Shown one piece after another: positions 20,616 through 29,844 of a stretch of DNA of 64,000 bases. Position 1 is the stretch's first letter, and each line of letters begins with the position of its first letter. Below the pieces are notes generated by a model, which was given only the letters and a program-made list of their open reading frames with translations, had not been told where the DNA came from and did not search any database. The translations under genes and the position numbers were made by a program. Source of the stretch: Candidatus Zixiibacteriota bacterium (GTDB lineage: Bacteria > Zixibacteria > MSB-5A5 > DSPP01); contig JAKEHY010000024.1 of NCBI GenBank assembly GCA_022614805.1, positions 1,844 through 65,843 of the forward strand. The letters run 5' to 3'.

Positions 20616-22346
20616 TTATTTCTTCAGCAGTTTCAAAAATGCTTCCAACGGACGGGTGTTGACAACGTCCGATTTTTGGGCCCAGCCGCGGCGGGCCTGG
20701 GCGATGCCGTACTCGAGAAAATCGAGATGGGGAATGGAATGGGCGTCCGTATCAATTGCGAGCTTGACCCCGGCGGCAACACATTTGCGGATGTATTCGT
20801 CTTTCAAATCCAGCCGGTCGGGCATTGCGTCGATTTCCAGAACGGCGCCGGTTTCCTTGGCGGCTTTGATAATGGCGTCCATATCCAAATCGTAGGCTTC
20901 CCTCTTCCCTATCAGGCGGCCGGTGGGATGGAACAAAATATCGACATTGGGATTTTTTATCGCCCGGATGATTCTTCTGGTCTGCTCTTCCCGCGGCAGG
21001 TCAAAATGGGAATGGACGGCCACGCCGACCACGTCCAGTTGGGATAGAGTTTCATCGTCCAAATCGAGCGAGCCGTCTTTCAGAATATCACACTCCGTCC
21101 CTTTGAGAATTTTTAATTTCGGACCGATTTTTTTTTGCACCTGGTCGATTTCGGCCCATTGCTTGCGGATTTTTTTCTCATCCAGGCCGCCGGTCATTGC
21201 CAGCCGCTTGGTGTGGTCGGTGATGGCGATGTATTTGTGCCTGCGCTGGATGGCGGCCTGGGCGTATGCTTCAATCGAATCGGCGCCGTCGGTCCAGTCG
21301 GTCTGGATTTGCAAATCTCCCAGGAGGTCGCCGTAGCCGATGAGTTTGGGGAGTTTGTGTTTTTTGGCCGCTTTGATTTCCCCGGTGTTTTCGCGCATTT
21401 CCGGCTCGATGTAATCCATACCCAAAGCGGCGTAGAGCTCTTCCTCCGTCTTTCCGGCAATCTGTTTGTTACCCTTGAAAAGACCGTATTCGTTCAGCTT
21501 CCACCCTTTGGCCATCGCCATTTCCCGCAGGGTGACGTTGTGGTCCTTGGAGCCGGTGAAGTAGTTCAGGGCGGCGCCGTACGATTCCGCCGGAACGACC
21601 CGCAAATCAACATCGAGACCGGATTCCAGCTTGACCGCCGACTTGGTCTCCCCGTGGGCGGAAATGTGCACCACCTCCGGCATCGAAACGAAGAAATCCA
21701 TCACCGGCTTGGGCTTTTTGGAGACGACCAGAACGTCCAAATCGCCGATGGTTTCCTTGCGGCGGCGGAGCGACCCGGCCAGAGCTATCCGTTCGACTTC
21801 CTTCAGTTCACCGAGCCGCTTTTCAATCAGCCGCGCTTTGGGCAAAACCGCTCCCAATAGGAGCCGCCCGGTTGCTTTTTTCAGAAAGTCAAGCCCCTTC
21901 AGAATGTTTTCTTCCGATTTGGCACCGAAGTGCTCCAGTTTGGCGATTTTTCCGGCCCGGGCCGCTTTTTCCAAATCGGCTATGGTCTTGATGCCCAATT
22001 CCTCGTACAGTTTTTTAATCGACTTCGGCCCCAGCCCCTCGATTTTACGCAGCCCGGAGAGGTCAACCGGGACTTTTTTCTTCAGTTCGTCGTAATATTT
22101 GAGACGGCCGGTTTGGAGCAGCTCTTCGATTTTTTTGGCGATGGAGGCGCCGATGCCGGGGATTCCTTCAAGCGCTTTCAGCCCGCCGGCTTCGTAGATT
22201 TCGGAAACCCCTTTATCCAGCTCCCCCACCGCCTGGGCCGCTTTTTCGTAGGCGCGGGGTTTGAAGGGAATCCCTTCCATTTCGAGGTATTCGCCGATTT
22301 CGGCTAAAAGACGGGATGTTTCCTGATTCGAAATTCTTTTTACCAT
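20616..22346 (-). CDS. polX: DNA polymerase X family / PHP 3'-5' exonuclease
   Basis: HhH motifs, GSLRR.KETIGDLD, YFTGSK.HN, PHP motifs ITDH, HPTGR, TDAH. Confidence 0.95.
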   Translation of the reverse strand: MVKRISNQETSRLLAEIGEYLEMEGIPFKPRAYEKAAQAVGELDKGVSEIYEAGGLKALEGIPGIGASIAKKIEELLQTGRLKYYDELKKKVPVDLSGLRKIEGLGPKSIKKLYEELGIKTIADLEKAARAGKIAKLEHFGAKSEENILKGLDFLKKATGRLLLGAVLPKARLIEKRLGELKEVERIALAGSLRRRKETIGDLDVLVVSKKPKPVMDFFVSMPEVVHISAHGETKSAVKLESGLDVDLRVVPAESYGAALNYFTGSKDHNVTLREMAMAKGWKLNEYGLFKGNKQIAGKTEEELYAALGMDYIEPEMRENTGEIKAAKKHKLPKLIGYGDLLGDLQIQTDWTDGADSIEAYAQAAIQRRHKYIAITDHTKRLAMTGGLDEKKIRKQWAEIDQVQKKIGPKLKILKGTECDILKDGSLDLDDETLSQLDVVGVAVHSHFDLPREEQTRRIIRAIKNPNVDILFHPTGRLIGKREAYDLDMDAIIKAAKETGAVLEIDAMPDRLDLKDEYIRKCVAAGVKLAIDTDAHSIPHLDFLEYGIAQARRGWAQKSDVVNTRPLEAFLKLLKK

Positions 22347-22471
22347 TGACTGAATTATAATACGGCGGAGGGAGATTGCGCCACAAGCCGCGCTTCCCCT
22401 CCTTTTTTGAGGTTAGAATGGAATGCGTTTCCCAGGGGCGGAGGCCCCTGGGCTAAGCATTGGAAGGAAAT

Positions 22472-23593
22472 TCAGGTTTTCGACGTTTTTTCGGCGCCTG
22501 AATCGGGGTCGTCGTCCAAATACTCTGCCAGGAGCCGGTGAAACTGGTGCACGCCCACTTCCCGCGTGGGGGAAAACCGGCCCGCCGGGTAGTATCTGGA
22601 CTGCAGGCCGTTGTGCACCCCCTCCACGACGAACTCATCCTCCCGTTCCACCTTGTCCAGCATCGCGCCGGCGCCGCTTCCTAATTTCGATTCATCATAC
22701 ACGTAGGAGACGAAGGAGACTTTGGTGCGGTTTGGACTCAACGGCCGCACGAGGTTCACCGACAGTCCCCAGGGATAGAAATTGAACATCATATTCGGAA
22801 AAAGCCAAAAGTAGTAGGCGGCGACGTGCCGGCCGTGGTCGATGTGCCCGGCCGGCAGCTCGAACACCTCGCTTTGGTCCGCATATCCAATCTGCAAATT
22901 GAGATGCTCATACGCCACCGTGGTGTATTGGCCGTAATCGACGACTTTGTTCAAGTCGGCATGGACGAAGGGGATGTGAAACCCTTCGAGATAATTGTCA
23001 CAGTAGAGGGCCCAGTGGCAGTTGACGAGGTAATCCTTGCTTAAACTGTCGCTGCGTCTGAACTGATGCAGCGGAAGAAAACCGACCCGCTCGTTCATAA
23101 TGCTGAAGACTTCGGTTACGTCAAAACGGGGCTCCAGACCGACAAACAGGTGCGGCCCCCATTGGGCGAAATGAAACGGACGCAGGTCGTCGGATGGGCG
23201 GGGGAAATTTTCGGCCGTTTTGAACTCGGGCATTGATTTGAACTTTCCGTCCAGGTCAAATGAGCGGCCGTGGTAGCCGCAGACCAGGGTTTTCGGTTTC
23301 CCCGGATTCTGGACGATGATGTTGCCCCGGTGCGTGCAGACATTTGTCAGGCAGCGACCCACCCCTTCCCGGTCCCGGGTTAGCACCATCGGCTCGGAGA
23401 GGAATTTATCCAAGAGCACGAAAGGATAGACAGTATTTCCGGGAGGGAGAAGGCTGTCGTCGCCGACCCACTGCCAGGTTTTGGCGAACACGCGCTCTTT
23501 CAGTTCCTCAAAGACAGCGGGGTCCCGGTAGAAGGAGGCCGGCAGCGTTTCCGCTTTTTTTATGTCCGGGTCTATGCTGTAGCGCCGTTGCAT
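22472..23593 (-). CDS. Rieske non-heme iron oxygenase alpha subunit (choline monooxygenase-like)
   Basis: CTH..CGYH Rieske motif; NYLEGFHIPFVH and ED mononuclear iron ligands. Confidence 0.9.
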   Translation of the reverse strand: MQRRYSIDPDIKKAETLPASFYRDPAVFEELKERVFAKTWQWVGDDSLLPPGNTVYPFVLLDKFLSEPMVLTRDREGVGRCLTNVCTHRGNIIVQNPGKPKTLVCGYHGRSFDLDGKFKSMPEFKTAENFPRPSDDLRPFHFAQWGPHLFVGLEPRFDVTEVFSIMNERVGFLPLHQFRRSDSLSKDYLVNCHWALYCDNYLEGFHIPFVHADLNKVVDYGQYTTVAYEHLNLQIGYADQSEVFELPAGHIDHGRHVAAYYFWLFPNMMFNFYPWGLSVNLVRPLSPNRTKVSFVSYVYDESKLGSGAGAMLDKVEREDEFVVEGVHNGLQSRYYPAGRFSPTREVGVHQFHRLLAEYLDDDPDSGAEKTSKT

Positions 23594-23594
23594 A

Positions 23595-24950
23595 TCAACC
23601 GGACCGTTTCGCCGCTTCGCCGGAAGGCCCCGGGTCGGCCATTTTCATCCAGACGTAGAAGGGAATCCCGGCCACGAGAAGAATGAACCCCCAGAACACG
23701 ACCTCTTGGCCGCTCCCCACCATAACCCAGAGGGAAAAACCGAACGCCAGGCTGGCGAGTGTGAGTTTCCCGCCCAGCTCGCCCTCCCTCAACTTGGCCG
23801 ACTGTAGCACATAGCTCGCCGCCGAAAAAAAATAGGGGGTCAAGACCGAAAGCGTGGAGAGGGTTATCATAAAAGTGAAGGCGTCGACCAATGTTTTTGA
23901 GTAGTTCAAGGCCAAAAGCACCGAGGCCAGGATGCTCGAAATAACTATCCCCAAGGCGGGGGAGCCGTTTCGATTGAGCCGGCCGAAAACTTTCGGAAAG
24001 AGTTTGTCGCGGGCGGCGGACATCGGAATCTGTCCCTGTATCAGTATCCATCCGTTCAAGGCGCCGAAAGTCGAGATTACCGCTCCGGCTGCAATCACGT
24101 ACTGGGCGGAAGCTCCCCAGAAGACCGCCGCCGCATCGGCAAACGGGGCGTTTGACTTCGCCAGTGTTTCCCCCGGAAGCAGGCCCATTACCGCCACCGA
24201 GCCGAGCAAATATACGAAGACGGCGACTACGGTGCCGGCGATGGTCGATTTTCTAATCGTCACCGCGGCATCCTTGATTTTGGAGCCCGGTATGGTGGCG
24301 CTCTCCATTCCGAGGAAGGCAAAGAAGGTCAGCATCACGGTCGTCGTCAAAACGGAAAGGTTCGCCCCCCCGCTCGTGTTGAAAGCCGGAAAGTTATCGA
24401 GCTTCATATAGAAAATTCCCACGCCCCCAATCAGGAGGAGCGGAACGAGCTTCAAGATAGTGGTAATTAGTTGAACGGAGCCGACCGTCCGGATTTTTTT
24501 CGAATTCGTCCAGGTAAGAAGCCAGATGACGGACAAGCCGGTGAAAATTGCAGCCAGCGGGCTTTTTGAAAGGATGGGAATGAAAACGGTAAGGTAACTC
24601 ACCAAAGCGACGACAATGGCGGCGTTCGTGCACCAGATGGAAATCCAGTAGCTCCAGGCGACCAAGTAGGCGGGGAATTCCCCCAGACTGATTTTCGTGT
24701 AGGCGTACGGTCCCCCGGTGGTCCGGGGAGCCAGACGGCCCAGTTCCCCAAATACAAGCGCCATCAGGATGGCGCCAACCGCGGAGCAAAGCCAGGCCAA
24801 AAGGCTGATTCCGCCGTAGGCGGCCAGAGTTGCGGGCAAAAGGAATATGCCGGAGCCGATGATATTCCCCACGACAAGCGCGGTGCTCGACCAAAACCCC
24901 AATTTCGATTGGTGGTCTGGCTCCGATTGGAGGTCAACTTTTGGGTCCAC
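23595..24950 (-). CDS. APC-family amino acid/polyamine permease
   Basis: GNIIGSGIFLLP, GGPYAY, FAFLGMES; about 12 TM segments. Confidence 0.93.
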   Translation of the reverse strand: MDPKVDLQSEPDHQSKLGFWSSTALVVGNIIGSGIFLLPATLAAYGGISLLAWLCSAVGAILMALVFGELGRLAPRTTGGPYAYTKISLGEFPAYLVAWSYWISIWCTNAAIVVALVSYLTVFIPILSKSPLAAIFTGLSVIWLLTWTNSKKIRTVGSVQLITTILKLVPLLLIGGVGIFYMKLDNFPAFNTSGGANLSVLTTTVMLTFFAFLGMESATIPGSKIKDAAVTIRKSTIAGTVVAVFVYLLGSVAVMGLLPGETLAKSNAPFADAAAVFWGASAQYVIAAGAVISTFGALNGWILIQGQIPMSAARDKLFPKVFGRLNRNGSPALGIVISSILASVLLALNYSKTLVDAFTFMITLSTLSVLTPYFFSAASYVLQSAKLREGELGGKLTLASLAFGFSLWVMVGSGQEVVFWGFILLVAGIPFYVWMKMADPGPSGEAAKRSG

Positions 24951-24994
24951 GCCCGGCTAACTTACGAAATTTCAGTCAAATTCCGAACACCTGC

Positions 24995-26539
24995 CTACAT
25001 CCACAAGTTTCTATCCAGGGTGCGATACTGAATCGCCTCGGATAGATGGGATTCCTTGACGTCGGGGCTGGCTTCCAAATCGGCAATGGTGCGGGCCACT
25101 TTTAGGATACGGTCGTAAGCGCGAGCGGAGAGTCCGAGCTTGGACATCGCCGCTCGAAGCAGTTCCTGACCGGCCGACGTTATCGAGCAGTATTTTTTCA
25201 AATGCCGAGTTTGCATATGGGCGTTGGCGAAGATTTTTTTCTCCTTGGCAAACCGCTCGGTCTGAAGCCTCCGGGCGGCGCTCACCCGTTCCCGGATTTT
25301 GGAAGAGGGTTCGGCTCCATCGGGAGTGGAAAGTTCTTTGAACTTCACCGCCGGCACTTCGATGTGGATATCGATTCGGTCCAGAAGGGGGCCGGAGATT
25401 TTGGAGACGTAGCGCTGGATTTCCGCCGGGGAACAATGACACCGGCCCGAAGGGTCGCCGAAAAATCCACAGGGGCAGGGGTTCATTGCCGAAACCAGTT
25501 GAAATTGGGAGGGATAGGTCAAAGAAATTTTGGCGCGGGAGATGGTCACCCGGCCGTCCTCCATCGGCTGGCGCAAAACTTCTAACACATCTTTTTTGAA
25601 CTCCGGCATTTCGTCCAAAAACAGAACGCCGTGGTGCGCCAACGAAACTTCCCCCGGCCGGGGGACCGTCCCGCCGCCGATTAGCCCGGCGTCCGAAATG
25701 GTGTGATGCGGGCTGCGGAAGGGGCGGGTGGCCAGAAGCGGAACGCCGGGCTCCAGCTGGCCGGCGACGGAATGAATTTTGGTGGTTTCCAAAGCCTCCT
25801 CAATGGTCAAAGGGGGCAGAATGGTCGGCAGCCGGCGGGAGAGCATCGTTTTGCCCGAGCCGGGAGGGCCGATTAAGAGAATGTTATGCGAACCGGCCGC
25901 CGCCACCTCGAGGGAACGTTTGACCGCCTCCTGCCCTTTCACTTCCGAAAAGTCGAGGGGATAATCAAGCGCTTTTTCGAAAACCGAATGGATATCCAGA
26001 CTGAAGGGCTCGAGGACCTGCTCCCCTTCCAGAAAACCGGCCGCCTCCCGCAGGGAGGAAATCGGATAAACCGGCAGGCCGGTGGCCATCGCCGCCTCGG
26101 CGGCGTTTTCTTTCGGCACCAAAAGGACTTTGTTGTCGTTTTGCTTCAGGGCCAAAGCAATCGGCAGAACCCCAGGGATGGGTCGCACGCTGCCGTCCAG
26201 CGAAAGCTCCCCCACCATCACCACTTCCGAAAAATCCTCCCGCCCCAGCTGCCCGGTGGCGGCGAGGATGCCCACGGCCATCGGCAAATCGAAGGCGCTC
26301 CCCTCTTTTTTGATATCCGCCGGGGCCAGATTGATGGTCACTTTTTGGCGGGGGAAGGAGTAGCCGGAATTTTTTACGGCGGAGGCGACCCTTTCTTTGG
26401 CTTCCCGCACGGCTCCTTCCGGCAGGCCGACGGTGGCGAAGGCGGGAAGCCCGCTGGTGATGTCGGCTTCCACTTCCACCAGGTAGGCTTCGATGCCCAA
26501 AAGGGAGGAGGAATAAACCTTGGCCAGTCGGTTTCTCAT
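24995..26539 (-). CDS. yifB: YifB/ComM family Mg-chelatase-like AAA ATPase
   Basis: [45 protein letters not shown]; start placed at ATG 26539. Confidence 0.95.
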   Translation of the reverse strand: MRNRLAKVYSSSLLGIEAYLVEVEADITSGLPAFATVGLPEGAVREAKERVASAVKNSGYSFPRQKVTINLAPADIKKEGSAFDLPMAVGILAATGQLGREDFSEVVMVGELSLDGSVRPIPGVLPIALALKQNDNKVLLVPKENAAEAAMATGLPVYPISSLREAAGFLEGEQVLEPFSLDIHSVFEKALDYPLDFSEVKGQEAVKRSLEVAAAGSHNILLIGPPGSGKTMLSRRLPTILPPLTIEEALETTKIHSVAGQLEPGVPLLATRPFRSPHHTISDAGLIGGGTVPRPGEVSLAHHGVLFLDEMPEFKKDVLEVLRQPMEDGRVTISRAKISLTYPSQFQLVSAMNPCPCGFFGDPSGRCHCSPAEIQRYVSKISGPLLDRIDIHIEVPAVKFKELSTPDGAEPSSKIRERVSAARRLQTERFAKEKKIFANAHMQTRHLKKYCSITSAGQELLRAAMSKLGLSARAYDRILKVARTIADLEASPDVKESHLSEAIQYRTLDRNLWM

Positions 26540-26547
26540 AGGCAAAC

Positions 26548-26576
26548 AAGGTAATGAGGCCAAAAGGGACTGTCAA
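26548..26576 (-). promoter_or_regulatory. sigma70 promoter, likely leaderless yifB
   Basis: TTGACA-N17-TACCTT-8 nt-ATG with no SD. Confidence 0.6.
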
Positions 26577-26644
26577 ACAGGTTTTGACCCTTCCCCCAAT
26601 AAGAATAGGGATTAGTGATTAGTGAAAACCAATACACCCCTATG

Positions 26645-26699
26645 GTCCCCCTTAAATACAGGGGGACAGGATTGGGCGGGTTTGAAACCCGCCCCTACA
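26645..26699. repeat. composite REP-like element
   Basis: GTCCCCCT-taaatac-AGGGGGAC followed by GGGCGGGTTTGAAACCCGCCCCTACA. Confidence 0.75.
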
Positions 26700-26871
26700 A
26701 GAACAAAGGACATCGCTTAGAAATTGGCTTGACGGAGCCAAAGCGGGGCTTATCTTAAAATAAAGTTCTGGATGAAACGGCGGCGGTTTCGTGGGGGAAA
26801 CCGGCGCCCTCGCCCACCTTCCAGAAATGAAACTGGTGAAAATACAACCATATCAAAAAAGGAGCTGTGCA

Positions 26872-28341
26872 ATGAAACGCTTCAAGGTGCTTTGGGGAGT
26901 ATTTGTTCTATTGGCCTCATCAACCGCTGGAGCACTTTTTCCGAGCGGAGTTGAGGGAGCCATTCCCAGATTAATCAATTTTCAAGGAGTTTTGCGGGAT
27001 GGCAGCGGCAATCCAGTGGCGGACGGGTCGTATTCGGTAACTTTCAAAATCTACGACGCTCCGACTGTCGGGACCGTGCTCTGGACGGAAACTCAACCGG
27101 TAACCACGCTCGGCGGCTCGTTCAATGTTCTTCTGGGAGCCACTAACGCCGTGCCGGATTCTGCGTTCAATGGAGCCAACCGCTATTTGGGAATCGCGGT
27201 AGCTTCCGACCCGGAAATGTCGCCGAGGTTTCAACTCGTTTCGGTCGGCTACGCCTTCCGCGTCAATTCGGTGGATGGGGCTTTGGGAGGAACCATTAGT
27301 GGAGACATTAATATCATGGGAAAAGCTACAATTGGTTCCGGGAACAGCAACGCTGGTTCATTTGCATTTGTCGCGGGTACGAGGAACACTGTAACCGGAG
27401 CTGGTTCCACTATAGGCGGAGGAGACACTAATACAGTGACTCGCGATGGTGCCACCATAGGCGGCGGGAAAGCAAACGTAATAAGCGGCCAAGCTGCTAC
27501 GATTGCCGGAGGTCATTCTAATATCGCAAGTGGAGAAAGATCAACAATAGGTGGTGGGGGTTTTAACCGAGCCCGTGGGCATCTCTCTGTGGTTAGTGGC
27601 GGTGGCGATATCTATTCTATTGCTGATTCTAATTCAGCGCTCGGAGATTATTCTGCTGTTGGAGGCGGGAAAGGTAACATCGCAGAGGGGTTTGGCGCAA
27701 AAGTCGGGGGCGGTTCCATCAACAAGGCCACCGGAGGTTTTTCATTTGTGGGAGGGGGAATTAACAATTTGGCCAATGGCTCGCAGGCCACTATCGGCGG
27801 GGGGCAAACCAATATCGCCAGCGCCCCTTTTGCAACCGTTCCCGGAGGATGTGGAAACCAAGCCGGCGGTAGTTTTACAACCGTGGGTGGCGGATTCAAC
27901 AATGGAGCTGGAAATTTTTATTCCACCGTCGCCGGGGGGGACCAGGACACCGCCACCGGAAACTGGTCGGCCATTCCGGGCGGACAATTCAACAAAGCCG
28001 CCGGAAGCTATTCTTTTGCCGCCGGGCGGAGGGCCAAGGCGCTGCACCATGGTTCCTTTGTCTGGGCGGACAGCACGGACGCCGATTTTTCTTCGACGGC
28101 CCCCAACCAGTTTATAATTCGGGCTTCGGGAGGGTTTGGAATTGGAACGGCGAACCCGCAAGGGGCTTTGGATATGAGCAACGCCAACGGCGCTTTCATC
28201 GCCCCCCGAATGACCAATAACCAGAGAAATGCAATGACGCCCATCGACGGGATGGTTATTTACAACACGGAGACCCGGCAATTCAATTTTTGCGAAGACG
28301 GCCATTGGGTGACGAAGCAATCAAAGAGGGCGGACCGGTAG
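26872..28341 (+). CDS. secreted glycine-rich beta-roll repeat surface protein
   Basis: RBS AAGGAG, signal peptide, INFQG.L N-domain, many ~14-aa GGGxxNxAxGxxxxI repeats. Confidence 0.8.
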   Translation: MKRFKVLWGVFVLLASSTAGALFPSGVEGAIPRLINFQGVLRDGSGNPVADGSYSVTFKIYDAPTVGTVLWTETQPVTTLGGSFNVLLGATNAVPDSAFNGANRYLGIAVASDPEMSPRFQLVSVGYAFRVNSVDGALGGTISGDINIMGKATIGSGNSNAGSFAFVAGTRNTVTGAGSTIGGGDTNTVTRDGATIGGGKANVISGQAATIAGGHSNIASGERSTIGGGGFNRARGHLSVVSGGGDIYSIADSNSALGDYSAVGGGKGNIAEGFGAKVGGGSINKATGGFSFVGGGINNLANGSQATIGGGQTNIASAPFATVPGGCGNQAGGSFTTVGGGFNNGAGNFYSTVAGGDQDTATGNWSAIPGGQFNKAAGSYSFAAGRRAKALHHGSFVWADSTDADFSSTAPNQFIIRASGGFGIGTANPQGALDMSNANGAFIAPRMTNNQRNAMTPIDGMVIYNTETRQFNFCEDGHWVTKQSKRADR

Positions 28342-28343
28342 AA

Positions 28344-28476
28344 CCTCACCCCTAACCCCTCTCCTTACGAAGGAGAGGGAGGGCACAACAGTGTTGTGCC
28401 CCTACAAAAGAACGGAAATAAATAAGGGGCAACCATCCCTCGACTCCGCTCGGGACAGGCGGGGAGTTGCCCCTAC
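28344..28476. repeat. cluster of REP-like palindromes with a nested insertion
   Basis: CCCTCTCCTT-ACG-AAGGAGAGGG; GGGCACAACAGTGTTGTGCCCCTACA; GGGGCAAC[..CCCTCGACTCCGCTCGGGACAGG..]GTTGCCCCTAC. Confidence 0.75.
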
Positions 28477-28479
28477 GAG

Positions 28480-29844
28480 TTATTTTGTTTCTTCCCCTTC
28501 CCCGGCGCGCATCAGACCGTTGGTGGGGGCTTTCTGTTCATACTTGGCCTTGTACTTCTCGTACAACTGCGTATGGCGGGAAGTCAAATCGACTTTCTTC
28601 CCCTGAATGAATTCCAGCTCCACGTTGGAGGTGATTTCCAAGGGGTCGCCGGTGGTAACGATTAGAGTGGCATCCTTGCCGACCTCGAGAGAACCAATCC
28701 GGTCGGCCACGCCGAAAATTTCCGCCGGGAAAAGGGTGACGGTCTTCAAGGCGGCCTCTTTCGGCAGGCCATAGGCCGCCGCCATTGCGGCGTGGTAGGG
28801 CAGGTTGCGCTCGTTGGAGGCCCAGCCGCCGCCGTAAATGGCAAACTTCACCCCGGCTTCATATAGCTTTCCCGGCAAAGCATACGGCAAATCGTAATCT
28901 TCATAACGGCGGAAAGGGGTGCGCAGGGTGCCGCCGACCAGTACCGGAATGTTTTTGGCTTTCAAAAGTTCCGCCGCCCGCCAGGCATCGTAGCCGCCGC
29001 CGATGATAATTTTGATTTTTTCCTCCTCCGCCCAGGCCACGGCGGCCTGAATCTGCTGGAGATTTCCGGCCATCACCAAAACCGGCAGTTTTCCTTCAAA
29101 AACCGGAATCATCGCCTCCCAGCGCATATCGGTGGGAAGGTTTTTTCCGTTTAGAGCGGCCGCTTTTTTGGCCGTCCAGTAGGCGCGGGCATCCTTGAAG
29201 GCCTGGTGCAATTCCTTGAGGTTGCGCTCCCGGTTTTTCTTCTGCTCCTCTTCGGATTCGGTCACCCACCAGCCCCGCTGGGGAGTCATTTGCGGCCAGT
29301 TGACCAGAAGGGCCGCTGGAGCTTGGAAAGTCATCTCTTCCCAAGTCCAGCCATCCAGATTGATGACGGCGGCGGTGCCGGAGATGATGCCTCCCTCCGG
29401 AGAGGTTATAGCGGTGGTCACTCCGTTGGCCCGGGCGACCGGAATCAGCTCCGATTCCGGATTGATGGCCACCTCGGCCCGGACGTTGGGGTTGATGCGG
29501 CCTGTTTCGGTGACATCCTTGGTGGCCCGAACTTCCTCGATTTCGGTAAGCCCCAAATTGGTAAAAGCGTCGAAAAGCCCGGGATAGATGTGCTTCCCGG
29601 CGACGTCGATAACTTCCGTCCCGGCGGGCAGCGAAACGCCCCGACCGATGGCGGTGATTTTTCCCTTATCGAAAAGAATTGCCGCACCAGCGAGTTCCCC
29701 GCCAGTGACGGTATGAACGGTGCCGCCGACCAAGGCAACCGGCCGGCTTTGGGGGGGAGCGGGACGCTGGTCAAAGCCCCAAACAGATACTGCCAAAATG
29801 AACCCGAGTATCATCCCCACTCCAAATCCAAATATCTTTTTCAT
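28480..29844 (-). CDS. secreted amidohydrolase-family protein
   Basis: GKHIYPGLFD, IGSLEVGKDA; signal peptide; ATGA overlap with the upstream gene. Confidence 0.88.
   Translation of the reverse strand: MKKIFGFGVGMILGFILAVSVWGFDQRPAPPQSRPVALVGGTVHTVTGGELAGAAILFDKGKITAIGRGVSLPAGTEVIDVAGKHIYPGLFDAFTNLGLTEIEEVRATKDVTETGRINPNVRAEVAINPESELIPVARANGVTTAITSPEGGIISGTAAVINLDGWTWEEMTFQAPAALLVNWPQMTPQRGWWVTESEEEQKKNRERNLKELHQAFKDARAYWTAKKAAALNGKNLPTDMRWEAMIPVFEGKLPVLVMAGNLQQIQAAVAWAEEEKIKIIIGGGYDAWRAAELLKAKNIPVLVGGTLRTPFRRYEDYDLPYALPGKLYEAGVKFAIYGGGWASNERNLPYHAAMAAAYGLPKEAALKTVTLFPAEIFGVADRIGSLEVGKDATLIVTTGDPLEITSNVELEFIQGKKVDLTSRHTQLYEKYKAKYEQKAPTNGLMRAGEGEETK

Noticed and set aside
20300-21047. ORFs 20445-21047 (+) and 20411-20611 (-)
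   Set aside because: They run through REP palindromes or antisense to polX and show no recognisable motif; at most a gene remnant.
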